NCBI GenBank assembly: GCA_944332295.1
Contig: CALVJR010000001.1
Span: forward strand, 64,585-128,584
From: an uncultured Bacilli bacterium
GTDB taxonomy: Bacteria > Bacillota_I > Bacilli_A > RF39 > UBA660
Length of the DNA: 64,000 bases
Direction of reading: 5' to 3'
Part shown: piece after piece, positions 19,807 to 30,131 of the stretch
Layout of the letters: every line of letters starts with the position of its first letter
Position numbering within the stretch: the stretch's first letter is position 1
The notes under the pieces: generated by a model
What the model saw: the letters and a program-made list of their open reading frames with translations, nothing else
Told to the model about the DNA's origin: nothing
The model's database searches: none
Position numbers and translations under genes: made by a program

Positions 19807-21534
19807 ATGAATACTTGGATAAAAAAGAATTTTAATATCATTTTAATTATTTTTCTATTACTACAACCAATATTAGATTTAATTACTGGTATTGGAATTC
19901 ATCTATGGCATACAAATATAACAGTAGGAATCATCATAAGAATGATTTTCTTATTATTTATTTTGTATAGTGTATTATTTGTCTACAAACGAAAAAAAAA
20001 CTTATTATTTTATGGAATTTTAGCAATCTATGGATTTTTTTATATAGTAGGAATGCTTATTTATAAAAATGGAGTAGGTCTTTTTTCAGAAATACAAGGA
20101 TTATGTCGAGTATTTTATTTTCCAGTATTATTAATTAGTTTATATAGTATTAAAGAAGAAATAAAAATAAGTAAAATGACCTTAATAGTAATATTAATAA
20201 CATATTTAGTATGTATTCTAGTACCAAATTGTCTAAATTTAGGATTTAAAACGTATGAAATAACCAAAGCAGGAACATTAGGTTTCTTTAATTCTGCCAA
20301 TGAAATTAGTGGAATTATATCGATACTAACCCCGATTATGATTCTAATACTGGCAAATGAAAGAAAAATACTTTTAAGTATAATAATAGGTTCACTGTAT
20401 TTATATGTAATATTGACAATAGGTACAAAGACTCCTTTATTATCATTAGGAATCACAATATTCTTTGCTTATATATGGTTTATCCATCAAGAAATAAAAT
20501 TAAAAAGAGTAAAACGAGTAGCGATAAGTGTCGTTCTTCTAATAATATTTATAGCAGGAATGATAATAATATTACCAAAAACTAATTTTTATAAAAATAT
20601 TGAAACACATCTAGAATTTTTAGAAGTAGATAATATTACTGAAGTATTTCAAGATAAAAAACTAATAGATCATTTTATTTTCAGTGAACGTCTAACATTC
20701 CTAGAAAACAGATATAAAGATTATAGAGATGAGAGTCAGTATTTACAATTGCTTGGTATAGGGTATCTAAAAGATGGAAATGATACCAAAGCAATAGAAA
20801 TGGACTATTTTGATATTTATTATTCTCATGGCATGGTAGGTTTTATTATTTATTTTGGAATATATGGCTATTTCTTTTATCTAATTATGAAAAACAGAAA
20901 AAAACTAGACTTCACGCAGTATATGTTATATATCAGTATAGTATTAAGTGTTTTATTATCATTTATAACAGGACATATTATAACTGCTCCAGCAGTAAGT
21001 ATTCTATTAATTGTTCTACTTCTATTATTAGAAAAGCACACATATGAAAGAATACTGTTTATAGGAAATGATTTAAATATAGATAGACCATTAGAAAGCA
21101 AAATAAAGACGATAGATGTAAAAAAATATCAAATGAACTTTTTATTAGTAACAAAAAAGATAAAACAAAAAAATAAGTTACAGAGAGAAATAAAAATAAT
21201 GAAATATTCAAAATCCTCAAGTACTAATAAGATAATACAAACAATATCAAATACACTAAAACTATTTTGGTATCAAATAATAAATTATCAAATGTATGAT
21301 AAATGTTACTGCTATCAAGAATATGATGAATTAAAAAATACTTTAGGAAAAATATCATCACCTTACTATAATATTTATATAGACAAGACAAATAGAAAAA
21401 GAAAAGAATTAATGATAGGATTACCAACAGATAACATAAAACACATCATATTTAAAACAGAAAAAGATAGGAAAGAGTTTTTAAATAATAATCCAGAATT
21501 AAAAGAAAAATGTCTATTAGTAGAGACTGTATAA
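19807..21534 (+). CDS. O-antigen ligase/polymerase-like (Wzy_C-type) polytopic membrane protein with ~170-aa cytoplasmic C-terminal extension
   Basis: About 11 TM helices with a large loop, as in O-antigen ligase family proteins. Located at the head of the glycan locus. RBS AAGGTGA. Confidence 0.7.
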   Translation: MNTWIKKNFNIILIIFLLLQPILDLITGIGIHLWHTNITVGIIIRMIFLLFILYSVLFVYKRKKNLLFYGILAIYGFFYIVGMLIYKNGVGLFSEIQGLCRVFYFPVLLISLYSIKEEIKISKMTLIVILITYLVCILVPNCLNLGFKTYEITKAGTLGFFNSANEISGIISILTPIMILILANERKILLSIIIGSLYLYVILTIGTKTPLLSLGITIFFAYIWFIHQEIKLKRVKRVAISVVLLIIFIAGMIIILPKTNFYKNIETHLEFLEVDNITEVFQDKKLIDHFIFSERLTFLENRYKDYRDESQYLQLLGIGYLKDGNDTKAIEMDYFDIYYSHGMVGFIIYFGIYGYFFYLIMKNRKKLDFTQYMLYISIVLSVLLSFITGHIITAPAVSILLIVLLLLLEKHTYERILFIGNDLNIDRPLESKIKTIDVKKYQMNFLLVTKKIKQKNKLQREIKIMKYSKSSSTNKIIQTISNTLKLFWYQIINYQMYDKCYCYQEYDELKNTLGKISSPYYNIYIDKTNRKRKELMIGLPTDNIKHIIFKTEKDRKEFLNNNPELKEKCLLVETV

Positions 21535-21557
21535 TGGAAGTGAAAGTAGGGAGTAAA

Positions 21558-22502
21558 ATGAAAAAAGAAAAAATATCAATTATTGTTCCATGTTATAACG
21601 AAGAAGAATCATTACCAATATTTTATGAAGAGATAACAAAAATTGCCGAAGAGATGAAAAAAGTAGAATTTGAATTTGTCTTTATCAATGATGGTAGTAA
21701 GGATAATACATTAAATATTATAAAAGAGTTAAGAAAAAAAGATGATAGAGTACGTTTCATTTCTTTTTCCAGAAACTTTGGAAAAGAAGGAGGCATGTAT
21801 GCTGGACTAGAGTATGCAACAGGGGATTTTGTAGCAATCATGGATGCCGATATGCAAGATCCACCAAGTATGATTAAAGAAATGTATCACGCAATAAAAG
21901 AAGAAGGGTACGACTGTGTTGCATTATGTAGTCCAAAACACAAGGATTATGGCTTAGTTAGAAAAATATTGACAAAGTGTTGGTATAAATTAATTGGAAA
22001 AATATCATCCGCTCCACAAGTACCAGGTGCTAGAGACTTCCGTTTAATGAAAAGAAAAGTAGTAGATGCAATCATTAGTATGAAAGAATATAATCGTTAC
22101 TCAAAAGGACTGTTTAGTTTTGTTGGTTTTAATACTAAATGGATAGAATATGAAGCACAGGAAAGAGTTGCTGGAAAGTCAAAATTTAATTTTTGGAAAC
22201 TTTTTAGATATGCACTAGAAGGAATATTAGCTTTCTCAACAACACCGTTAGTCATTTCCGCAATCGTAGGAATTATATTATGTTTAGTATCATTTGTTGC
22301 AATCCTAATAATTATTGTAAAAACATTAGCATTTGGTGACCCAGTTAGTGGTTGGCCAAGCCTAGCTTGCCTTATCATATTCATGGGAGGATTACAATTA
22401 TTCTTCTTTGGAATAATGGGAATGTATATGTCCAAATTATATTTAGAAGTAAAAAAAAGACCTATCTACATTGTCAGTGAAACAGAAAAGACAGAGGAGT
22501 AG
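21558..22502 (+). CDS. GT2 polyprenyl-phosphate glycosyltransferase (GtrB/CsbB-like)
   Basis: KISIIVPCYNEEESL...INDGSKDNT...FGKEGGM...DADMQDPP with two C-terminal TM helices, the GtrB architecture. ATG 21558 is preferred over the tracked 21510. Confidence 0.88.
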   Translation: MKKEKISIIVPCYNEEESLPIFYEEITKIAEEMKKVEFEFVFINDGSKDNTLNIIKELRKKDDRVRFISFSRNFGKEGGMYAGLEYATGDFVAIMDADMQDPPSMIKEMYHAIKEEGYDCVALCSPKHKDYGLVRKILTKCWYKLIGKISSAPQVPGARDFRLMKRKVVDAIISMKEYNRYSKGLFSFVGFNTKWIEYEAQERVAGKSKFNFWKLFRYALEGILAFSTTPLVISAIVGIILCLVSFVAILIIIVKTLAFGDPVSGWPSLACLIIFMGGLQLFFFGIMGMYMSKLYLEVKKRPIYIVSETEKTEE

Positions 22503-22559
22503 GGTTGTCTAAACAACAAAAAAGAACTATAATAATAATTGATGAAAGTGAGAAAGAAT

Positions 22560-23414
22560 ATGAGGAAGATAGGATTTGTTATTGTAAACTATAATGATGC
22601 GAAAACTACCATAAGACTATTAAATCAATTAAAAGAATTTAAAAATATTGATAGTATTGTAGTTGTAGATAACAATTCTACTGACGATTCTTTCGTTCAA
22701 TTAAAAGAACAAGAAAATGGCAATATTACTATAATTAAAAATAGCGAAAACAAAGGTTATTCATCAGGGATGAATACCGGTGCAAAATATCTAATTGAAA
22801 AAATAGGTAGATGTAATATTATATTTTCTAATTCAGATATTATCATAAAAAATGCCAAAGATTTAAACACTCTTTCATCTGATATTAATAATGAAGTTGC
22901 AGTAGCAAGTCCCGTAATAGAAGAACACGGGAATCTAAATCGTGGTTGGAAAAAAACAACTGCATTTACTGAAGTACTTCTAAACTTACCATATATTAGT
23001 CGTTATTTTAAAAGAAAAAAACTCTATTATAAGGATGATTACTATAAAAAGGATAAATCTTATGTAGACGTAGTATCAGGATGCTTTTTTATGGTAGATA
23101 GTAAAATATTACAAGAAGTAGATTATTTTGATGAGTCTACGTTTCTTTACTATGAAGAATTAATATTTGCTAAAAAATTAGAAAATATAAATAAGTCTTT
23201 AGTAATTGATAACAGAGTAAGAATTATTCATGATCATTCAGTAACGATTGATAAAAATGTAAAGAAAATTAACAAATATCGGATATTAAAATCCAGTCAA
23301 AGATACTATGTTAAAGAGTATCTAAAAGCAAATTCATTTCAAATGGCATTATTGTATATAACAAATAAGCTATCGCTATTAGTGTTATATATAAGATGTC
23401 TGTTTAGGAGGTAA
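22560..23414 (+). CDS. GT2 glycosyltransferase (rhamnosyltransferase-like)
   Basis: [14 protein letters not shown]...[11 protein letters not shown]...[11 protein letters not shown]...SGCFFMV pattern. The start at 22560 versus 22542 is uncertain. Confidence 0.8.
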   Translation: MRKIGFVIVNYNDAKTTIRLLNQLKEFKNIDSIVVVDNNSTDDSFVQLKEQENGNITIIKNSENKGYSSGMNTGAKYLIEKIGRCNIIFSNSDIIIKNAKDLNTLSSDINNEVAVASPVIEEHGNLNRGWKKTTAFTEVLLNLPYISRYFKRKKLYYKDDYYKKDKSYVDVVSGCFFMVDSKILQEVDYFDESTFLYYEELIFAKKLENINKSLVIDNRVRIIHDHSVTIDKNVKKINKYRILKSSQRYYVKEYLKANSFQMALLYITNKLSLLVLYIRCLFRR

Positions 23415-23416
23415 AA

Positions 23417-24295
23417 ATGAAAGGAATTATTTTAGCTGGAGGAAGTGGAACGAGGCTATACCCTATCACAGAAGGAATTAGTAAACAATTAGTTCCTATC
23501 TATGATAAACCAATGATTTATTATCCACTATCAACATTAATGCTTGCAGGAATTAAAGATATTTTAGTAATCACTACAGAAGAAGACCAAAAGGGATTTA
23601 AAAGATTGTTAAAGGATGGAAACCAGTTTGGAATTAATATTGAATATACGATTCAACCTTCTCCAGATGGACTAGCTCAGGCGTTTTTATTAGGAGAAAA
23701 ATTTATTGGTAATGATGAATGTGCCATGATTTTAGGAGACAATATTTTCTATGGAAACGGTTTTAATGAAATTTTAGCGCAGGCAACACAAAATGCCAAA
23801 CAAGGAAAGGCAACCATTTTTGGTAATCAAGTAAAGGATCCGGAGCGTTTTGGAATTATGGAATTAGACGATAATCATAACGTAATCAGTGTAGAAGAAA
23901 AACCAGAACATCCAAAATCTAACTATGCTATCACAGGACTATATTTCTATCCTAAAGGCGTATCAGAAAAAGCAAAGTTAATCAAGCCATCAAAAAGAGG
24001 AGAACTAGAAATTACTAGTTTAAATGATTTATATTTACAAGAGAAAAAATTGAAAGCAGAAATATTAGGAGAAGGATTTACCTGGTTTGATACAGGAACT
24101 TTTGATAGTCAATTAGATGCTTCTAATATGATAAGAACAATTCAAAACAATAAAGATAAAGTAATATGTTGTCCTGAACAAATCGCTTATTATCGTGGAT
24201 GGATAACCAAGGATGAGTTACAAGAAAGAGCAGAATTATTGAAGAAAAACACTTATGGAAAATACTTGCAAAAAGTAATAAAAGAAACAAAATAG
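23417..24295 (+). CDS. rfbA: Glucose-1-phosphate thymidylyltransferase
   Basis: [18 protein letters not shown]...[24 protein letters not shown]... is unmistakably RmlA. Confidence 0.96.
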   Translation: MKGIILAGGSGTRLYPITEGISKQLVPIYDKPMIYYPLSTLMLAGIKDILVITTEEDQKGFKRLLKDGNQFGINIEYTIQPSPDGLAQAFLLGEKFIGNDECAMILGDNIFYGNGFNEILAQATQNAKQGKATIFGNQVKDPERFGIMELDDNHNVISVEEKPEHPKSNYAITGLYFYPKGVSEKAKLIKPSKRGELEITSLNDLYLQEKKLKAEILGEGFTWFDTGTFDSQLDASNMIRTIQNNKDKVICCPEQIAYYRGWITKDELQERAELLKKNTYGKYLQKVIKETK

Positions 24296-24303
24296 GAGGA
24301 AAA

Positions 24304-24876
24304 ATGAAGAAAATAGAAACTAATTTATTAGATTGCTATATCATAGAACCAGATAGATTTGGAGATGATAGAGGATATTTTTCTCCATATTTTATTCAAA
24401 AAGATTTTGATGAATTAGGCTTTAAAAAAGTAGTACAAGCAAATAGAAGTAAAAGTAGTAAAGGTGTGGTACGTGGACTTCATTTTCAAAAAGATCCCAA
24501 ATGCCAAGCCAAAATAGTAGAAGTAATCCAAGGTGCTGCTATCGATGTCGTAGTAGATATTAGAGAAGACTCAGAAACTTATGGAAAATGGACAAGTGTA
24601 TTGCTAACACCAGATAATAATAGACAATTATATGTACCCCGTGGTTTTGCTCATGGCTTTGTCAGTCTAGAAGATAATACAGTTTTTCATTATTTAATTG
24701 ATAATGACTATGCACCAGAATTAGAAGATGGAATTCTTTGGAATGACCCAGATATTGGTATCAACTGGGAGGAAATTTTTAAAGAATATGGGATAGAAAA
24801 ACCAATTTTATCCGACAAAGATAAAGATAGACCAACTTTAGCAAAATGCAAGACTAGATTTAGGAGAGACAAATAA
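24304..24876 (+). CDS. rfbC: dTDP-4-dehydrorhamnose 3,5-epimerase
   Basis: FGDDRGYF...RGLHFQ...QAKIV.V..G...DVVVD.R..S.TYGKW...VP.GFAHGF is the RmlC cupin signature. Confidence 0.95.
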   Translation: MKKIETNLLDCYIIEPDRFGDDRGYFSPYFIQKDFDELGFKKVVQANRSKSSKGVVRGLHFQKDPKCQAKIVEVIQGAAIDVVVDIREDSETYGKWTSVLLTPDNNRQLYVPRGFAHGFVSLEDNTVFHYLIDNDYAPELEDGILWNDPDIGINWEEIFKEYGIEKPILSDKDKDRPTLAKCKTRFRRDK

Positions 24877-25742
24877 TGAAATACTTAATTACAGGTGTAA
24901 AGGGTCAATTAGGTTATGATATTACTAGAGAACTAGATAAAAGAGGCGAGAATCATTATTTAGCATTAGACGTTGATGATATGGATATTACAGATACGGA
25001 AAAGGTAATGGAAGTAATTACTAATTATCAACCTGATGTAATATTCCATTGCGCTGCTTGGACTGCTGTAGATAAAGCAGAAGAGATGGAAGGATCTTGC
25101 CAAAAGGTTAATGTGCTAGGAACAAAAAACATAACCGATGCTGCAATCAAAGTAGATGCTAAATTAATTTATCTATCAACAGACTATGTATTTGATGGTA
25201 CAAAAGAAGGATATTACACAGAAGAAGACAAAGTAAATCCAAAGAGTATTTACGGAGGTACCAAATATTTAGGAGAAGAAGAAGTAAGAAGAAATAAAAA
25301 ACACTTTATCGCAAGAATTTCCTGGGTCTTCGGTATCAATGGAAACAACTTCATCAAAACAATGCTAAAATTATCAGAAAATCATGATACTGTAAATGTA
25401 GTAGATGACCAAATAGGCTCTCCAACCTATACAGTAGATTTAGCTAAAGTATTAGTAGACATGGCTCAAACAGAAAAATATGGAACATACCATGTAACAA
25501 ATGAAAATTATTGTAGCTGGGCAGAATTTGCAGAATATATTTTCAAAAGTAACAACAAAGATACCAAAGTAAACAAAGTAACAACAGAAGAGTATTTAAA
25601 ATTAACAAATACTAACCAAGCATATCGTCCAAGAAACTCAAAATTATCTAAAGAAAAATTAAAACAAGCAGGATTTAATTTATTACCAACTTGGCAAGAT
25701 GCAACAGATAGATTTTGTAAAGAATTAGAAGAGAAAAGGTAG
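24876..25742 (+). CDS. rfbD: dTDP-4-dehydrorhamnose reductase
   Basis: MKYLITGVKGQLG...HCAAWTAVDKAE...STDYVFDG...Y..TK..GE is an RmlD pattern. Start overlaps the rfbC stop. Confidence 0.95.
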   Translation: MKYLITGVKGQLGYDITRELDKRGENHYLALDVDDMDITDTEKVMEVITNYQPDVIFHCAAWTAVDKAEEMEGSCQKVNVLGTKNITDAAIKVDAKLIYLSTDYVFDGTKEGYYTEEDKVNPKSIYGGTKYLGEEEVRRNKKHFIARISWVFGINGNNFIKTMLKLSENHDTVNVVDDQIGSPTYTVDLAKVLVDMAQTEKYGTYHVTNENYCSWAEFAEYIFKSNNKDTKVNKVTTEEYLKLTNTNQAYRPRNSKLSKEKLKQAGFNLLPTWQDATDRFCKELEEKR

Positions 25743-25749
25743 GAGATAT

Positions 25750-26754
25750 ATGAAATTTTTAGTAACAGGTGGAGCAGGATTTATAGGAAGTAATTACTTA
25801 CATTATGTAGTAAATAAATATGAAAGTGACTACTTCGTATGTCTAGACGCTCTAACTTATGCAGGAAATTATAATAATATAAAAGAGTTAGAAGGAAAGA
25901 AAAATTATAAATTTGTTCATGGAGACATCACAGATAGAAATTTTATAAATAATCTTTTTGAACAAGAAAAATTTGATGTAGTAGTAAACTTTGCAGCAGA
26001 ATCTCATGTAGATAATTCTATAAAAAATCCAGAAATCTTTTTAACAACCAATATCATTGGAACAGAAGTGTTAATGGATGCATGTCTAAAATATGGAATC
26101 AAAAGATATCATCAAGTATCAACAGATGAAGTCTATGGAGACCTACCATTAGATAGACCAGATTTACTATTTACAGAAAATACACCAATCCACACATCAA
26201 GTCCTTATTCAACAAGTAAAGCAAGTGCAGACTTATTAGTAATGGCATATCATAGAACTTATGGATTGCCAGTAACAATCAGTCGTTGCTCTAACAATTA
26301 TGGACCATATCAATTCCCAGAAAAATTAATACCTGTAGTAATTTCTAAGGCATTAAAAAATGAAAAAGTACCAGTATATGGAACAGGAGAAAATGTAAGA
26401 GACTGGATTCATGTACATGATCACAATATTGGTGTAGACTTAATTGTAAGAGAAGGTAAAGTTGGAGAAGTCTATAATCTTGGAGGTCATTCTGAAAGAA
26501 ATAATCTAACTATTGTAAAAACAATTCTAAAACAACTAGGTAAAAGTGAAGACTTAATCGAGTTTGTCGCAGATAGAAAGGGACATGACTTAAGATATGC
26601 AATAGACTCTACAAAAGTAGAAAAAGAATTAGGTTGGACTAGAACATATACCTTTGAAGAAGGAATTAAAGAAACAATAGATTGGTATGTAAATAACCAA
26701 GATTGGATAGAAAATATTTTATCTGGAGAATACAAGAATGCTTATAAAGACTAA
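25750..26754 (+). CDS. rfbB: dTDP-glucose 4,6-dehydratase
   Basis: LVTGGAGFIGSN...FAAESHVDNSI...STDEVYGD...YS.SKA..D...NNYGPYQFPEKLIP is an RmlB pattern. Confidence 0.96.
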   Translation: MKFLVTGGAGFIGSNYLHYVVNKYESDYFVCLDALTYAGNYNNIKELEGKKNYKFVHGDITDRNFINNLFEQEKFDVVVNFAAESHVDNSIKNPEIFLTTNIIGTEVLMDACLKYGIKRYHQVSTDEVYGDLPLDRPDLLFTENTPIHTSSPYSTSKASADLLVMAYHRTYGLPVTISRCSNNYGPYQFPEKLIPVVISKALKNEKVPVYGTGENVRDWIHVHDHNIGVDLIVREGKVGEVYNLGGHSERNNLTIVKTILKQLGKSEDLIEFVADRKGHDLRYAIDSTKVEKELGWTRTYTFEEGIKETIDWYVNNQDWIENILSGEYKNAYKD

Positions 26755-26770
26755 TAATTAGTCTTTTTTT
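26746..26770 (+). terminator. Rho-independent terminator after rfbB
   Basis: AAAGACTAA-TAA-TTAGTCTTT hairpin overlapping the stop codon, followed by a T-run. Confidence 0.75.
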
Positions 26771-26790
26771 CGTGATAAAACGGCTTTAAA

Positions 26791-26819
26791 TAGAAATAAT
26801 TATAAAACTATGTTATACT
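26791..26819 (+). promoter_or_regulatory. Promoter of the ABC-exporter/glycosyltransferase unit
   Basis: TAGAAA, 17-nt spacer, extended -10 TGtTATACT (26811-26819). Confidence 0.5.
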
Positions 26820-26853
26820 AAATTAGGCACATATATTGTATACGGAGGATAGT

Positions 26854-27606
26854 ATGGAAAAAAAGAAGAAAAAAGAAAATGAATATGCAATTATTGTAGA
26901 TGATGTATCAAAAAGATTTAAAATCTATTATGACAAAGCAAGTACATTAAAAGAAAGATTAGTATTTTGGAATAAAACAAAAGTAAATTATCATGAAGTA
27001 CTAAAAAATGTTAATTTGAAGATAAAAAAAGGAGAAAGTGTAGCCTTAATCGGAGTAAATGGAAGCGGTAAATCTACGTTATTAAAATTAATGACAAAAA
27101 TTATATATCCAACAACTGGTAAGATTACTACCAATGGAAAATTAACCTCTTTACTTGAATTAGGGGCAGGATTCCATCCAGACTTTACTGGACGTGAAAA
27201 TATTTATTTTAATGCATCTATCTTTGGTCTAACTGCTGCAGAAATTGATAAAAGAGTACAAGATATTATCGATTTCTCAGAACTAGGGGACTATATCGAT
27301 ACACCAGTAAGAACTTATTCATCTGGAATGTATATGCGTCTTGCCTTTTCAGTAGCAATTAATGTAGATGCAGAAATACTATTAATTGATGAAATTCTAG
27401 CAGTAGGAGATCAACATTTCCAAGATAAATGTTTCGCTAAATTAAAAGAGTTAAAAGATTCTAACAAAACCATAGTAATTGTAAGTCACAGTCTGGGTCC
27501 AGTACAAGAACTATGTGACCGTGGAGTATGGATATATGAAGGTCAAGTAAGAGAAGATGGAAAAATAAAAAAAGTAATAGACGATTATTTAAAGGTGTGT
27601 GGTTAA
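26854..27606 (+). CDS. Polysaccharide/teichoic-acid ABC exporter, ATP-binding subunit (Wzt/TagH-like)
   Basis: Walker A GVNGSGKST, signature YSSGMYMRLAF and Walker B LLIDE. ATG 26854 lies 4 nt after GGAGGA. Confidence 0.9.
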   Translation: MEKKKKKENEYAIIVDDVSKRFKIYYDKASTLKERLVFWNKTKVNYHEVLKNVNLKIKKGESVALIGVNGSGKSTLLKLMTKIIYPTTGKITTNGKLTSLLELGAGFHPDFTGRENIYFNASIFGLTAAEIDKRVQDIIDFSELGDYIDTPVRTYSSGMYMRLAFSVAINVDAEILLIDEILAVGDQHFQDKCFAKLKELKDSNKTIVIVSHSLGPVQELCDRGVWIYEGQVREDGKIKKVIDDYLKVCG

Positions 27607-27607
27607 A

Positions 27608-28375
27608 ATGTTTAAGGAACTATATAATTACAGACAATTACTAAAAAGTAATGTAAGTAAAGAAATCAGAGGGAAATACAAAGGTTCATTCTTAGGAGTC
27701 CTATGGAGCTTTGTAAATCCTTTATTAATGACGTTAGTATACGCCATTGTTTTTCCATTTATCTTAAAATCAACACAACCTCACTATGTAACTTTTATAG
27801 TCATTGCAATACTACCTTGGACATGGTTTACATCTGTAATATCTCAAGGTACAAATACGATAGTAGTAAATGGTGGAATTATAAAAAAGGTTTACTTTCC
27901 AAGAGAAATATTACCAATATCTATTGTAACCAGTGGATTAATTAATTTCTTAATTTCTTGTTTAATTATTGTAATATTTCTAATATGTAGTGGAATCGGA
28001 TTTTCTTGGAATATTATTTTCTTACCATTAATTGTCATAACTCAATATATTTTACAATTAGGACTAATATTTATCACTAGTTCAATAGATGTATATATCA
28101 GAGATGCAGAATATATTATTGCCTTTATTGTATCCATGGTATTTTATGGAACACCAATTCTATATTCATCAGACTTATTTCCTGCAAAAGTAAGCTGGTT
28201 ATTAAACTTAAACCCTTTAACAACCATTATCGAATCTTATAGAAATATATTTTATTATCAGACAATGCCAAACTTTAAAGCACTAGGAATTGTATTTTTA
28301 GTTAGTTGCTTCATCTTATTTATAGGATATAAGATATTTAAAAAATTAGAAAAAGGATTTGCAGAGGAGTTATAA
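27608..28375 (+). CDS. ABC-2 type polysaccharide exporter permease (Wzm/TagG-like)
   Basis: Six-TM ABC-2 permease with the typical N-terminus (YRQLLKSNVSKEIRGKYKGSFLGVLWSFVNPLL). Confidence 0.9.
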   Translation: MFKELYNYRQLLKSNVSKEIRGKYKGSFLGVLWSFVNPLLMTLVYAIVFPFILKSTQPHYVTFIVIAILPWTWFTSVISQGTNTIVVNGGIIKKVYFPREILPISIVTSGLINFLISCLIIVIFLICSGIGFSWNIIFLPLIVITQYILQLGLIFITSSIDVYIRDAEYIIAFIVSMVFYGTPILYSSDLFPAKVSWLLNLNPLTTIIESYRNIFYYQTMPNFKALGIVFLVSCFILFIGYKIFKKLEKGFAEEL

Positions 28376-28376
28376 T

Positions 28377-29240
28377 ATGGCAAAAAAAGAAGAAATTAAA
28401 ATAGCAGGAGTAGTAACTCTATATAATCCAACCGATGAAGATATCAAAAATATTGACACTTATATAGAAGATATAGATAGATTATATATTATAGATAATA
28501 CAGAAGGAAAAGATAATAAAGACCGAATTTCTAAAAATAAAAAGATTAAATATCAATTTAAAAATGAAAATGTAGGTGTCGCAACAGCTCTAAACCAAGG
28601 TGCTAAAATGGCAATAGAAGAAGGATATAAATATTTACTAACAATGGATCAAGATACAACATTTAAAGAAGGTGCCCTAGATAAATTAAAAGAAGTAATA
28701 AAAAATACTAATATGGAAAAAATTGCTTTAGTAACACCATGGCACCATACAAGATTATTAGATAAAAAACCAGAAGAAGAATTCGATGACCCGCACGATG
28801 TCATGACCTCAGGAAATATTATCAACTTAGATATCTTCCAAAAATTAGGAGGATTTAAAGAATGGTTATTTATTGATGGAATAGATATCGAATTTTGTCT
28901 AAATATTCATAAAAATGGCTATAAAATATTAAGAGTGAATTCTGTAGAAATAGATCATAACTTAGGTGATATCTTTTATAAAAAAGTAAGAGGAAGATTG
29001 TTCTTATGTACCAATCATGCCGCTATGAGAAGATACTATATCATGAGAAATTATCATTATATCTTTGATATGTATAAAGATTATGATCCAGGATATTGCT
29101 ATAGCTTAATTAGTCAAAGACATAATATGATTGGAGTTTTACTATTTGAAAAAGACAAAATTAATAAAATAAGAAATTATCTAAAAGGTCTAAGAGATTA
29201 TAAGAAAGGTATCAAAGGAAAAATGCCAGCTAAGAAATAA
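28377..29240 (+). CDS. GT2 glycosyltransferase (rhamnosyltransferase-like), paralog 1
   Basis: IAGVVTLYNP...IDNTEG...NVGVATALNQG...LTMDQDT...FIDGIDIEFC. RBS GAGGAG 7 nt before ATG 28377. Confidence 0.85.
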   Translation: MAKKEEIKIAGVVTLYNPTDEDIKNIDTYIEDIDRLYIIDNTEGKDNKDRISKNKKIKYQFKNENVGVATALNQGAKMAIEEGYKYLLTMDQDTTFKEGALDKLKEVIKNTNMEKIALVTPWHHTRLLDKKPEEEFDDPHDVMTSGNIINLDIFQKLGGFKEWLFIDGIDIEFCLNIHKNGYKILRVNSVEIDHNLGDIFYKKVRGRLFLCTNHAAMRRYYIMRNYHYIFDMYKDYDPGYCYSLISQRHNMIGVLLFEKDKINKIRNYLKGLRDYKKGIKGKMPAKK

Positions 29241-29256
29241 TATAAAGGAGTAGTCT

Positions 29257-30120
29257 ATGAATAAAAAGGAAGAGGTAAAAATAGCAGGAGTGGTTACACT
29301 TTATAATCCAACCGATGATGATATTAAAAATATAAATACGTATATAGGTGATATAGAAAGACTATATATTGTCGATAATACCGAAGGGGAAGATAACAAG
29401 AATCGTATTCCTAAAAACAAAAAAATAAAATATATCTTTAAAAATGAAAATGTAGGTGTTGCAACAGCCTTAAATATAGGAGCACATCTTGCTATCGAAG
29501 AAGGATATAAATATTTATTAACAATGGATCAAGATACGAAGTTTAAACCAGGAGTTATGGATAAGTTAAAAGAAGCAATAAATAAATTTGACATGTCTAA
29601 AATAGGAATTGTAACACCATGGCAAACTACGAAAATGAGACTAAATGAAATTGACGATGAATATGATTATCCACCAGAGGTAATGACATCAGGAAATATC
29701 TTAAACTTAGATGTCTATCAAGAGATAGGTGGTTTTAAAGATTGGATGTTTATTGACGGAGTAGATATTGAATACTGTCTAAATGTAAGAAAACATGGAT
29801 ATAAAATATTAAGAGTAGTACATGCCAGAATTGATCATGAGCTAGGAGATATACAATATAAATATTTCTTAGGAAAAGAATATATCTGCAACAACTACTC
29901 TCCAATTAGAAGATATTATATTATGAGAAATAATCATTATATTTTTGATATGTATAAAGACTTTGAACCAAGTACATGTTGGCGTATTTTAGAACAAAAG
30001 CCATCCATGAAAGCAATACTATTATTTGAAAAAGATAAATATAGAAAATTAAGAGGTTACATAAGAGGATTAAAAGATTATAAAAAAGGAATTAAAGGAA
30101 AATACCCTTACAAAAATTAA
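29257..30120 (+). CDS. GT2 glycosyltransferase (rhamnosyltransferase-like), paralog 2
   Basis: Collinear with the preceding gene, roughly two-thirds identical by eye. RBS AAGGAG. Confidence 0.85.
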   Translation: MNKKEEVKIAGVVTLYNPTDDDIKNINTYIGDIERLYIVDNTEGEDNKNRIPKNKKIKYIFKNENVGVATALNIGAHLAIEEGYKYLLTMDQDTKFKPGVMDKLKEAINKFDMSKIGIVTPWQTTKMRLNEIDDEYDYPPEVMTSGNILNLDVYQEIGGFKDWMFIDGVDIEYCLNVRKHGYKILRVVHARIDHELGDIQYKYFLGKEYICNNYSPIRRYYIMRNNHYIFDMYKDFEPSTCWRILEQKPSMKAILLFEKDKYRKLRGYIRGLKDYKKGIKGKYPYKN

Positions 30121-30131
30121 TGGAGGTAGTT

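Noticed and set aside
27703-27945. 80-aa plus-strand ORF in an alternative frame inside the ABC-2 permease gene.
   Set aside because: The permease frame gives a continuous 6-TM family-typical protein. The alternative frame has no RBS and no recognisable features.
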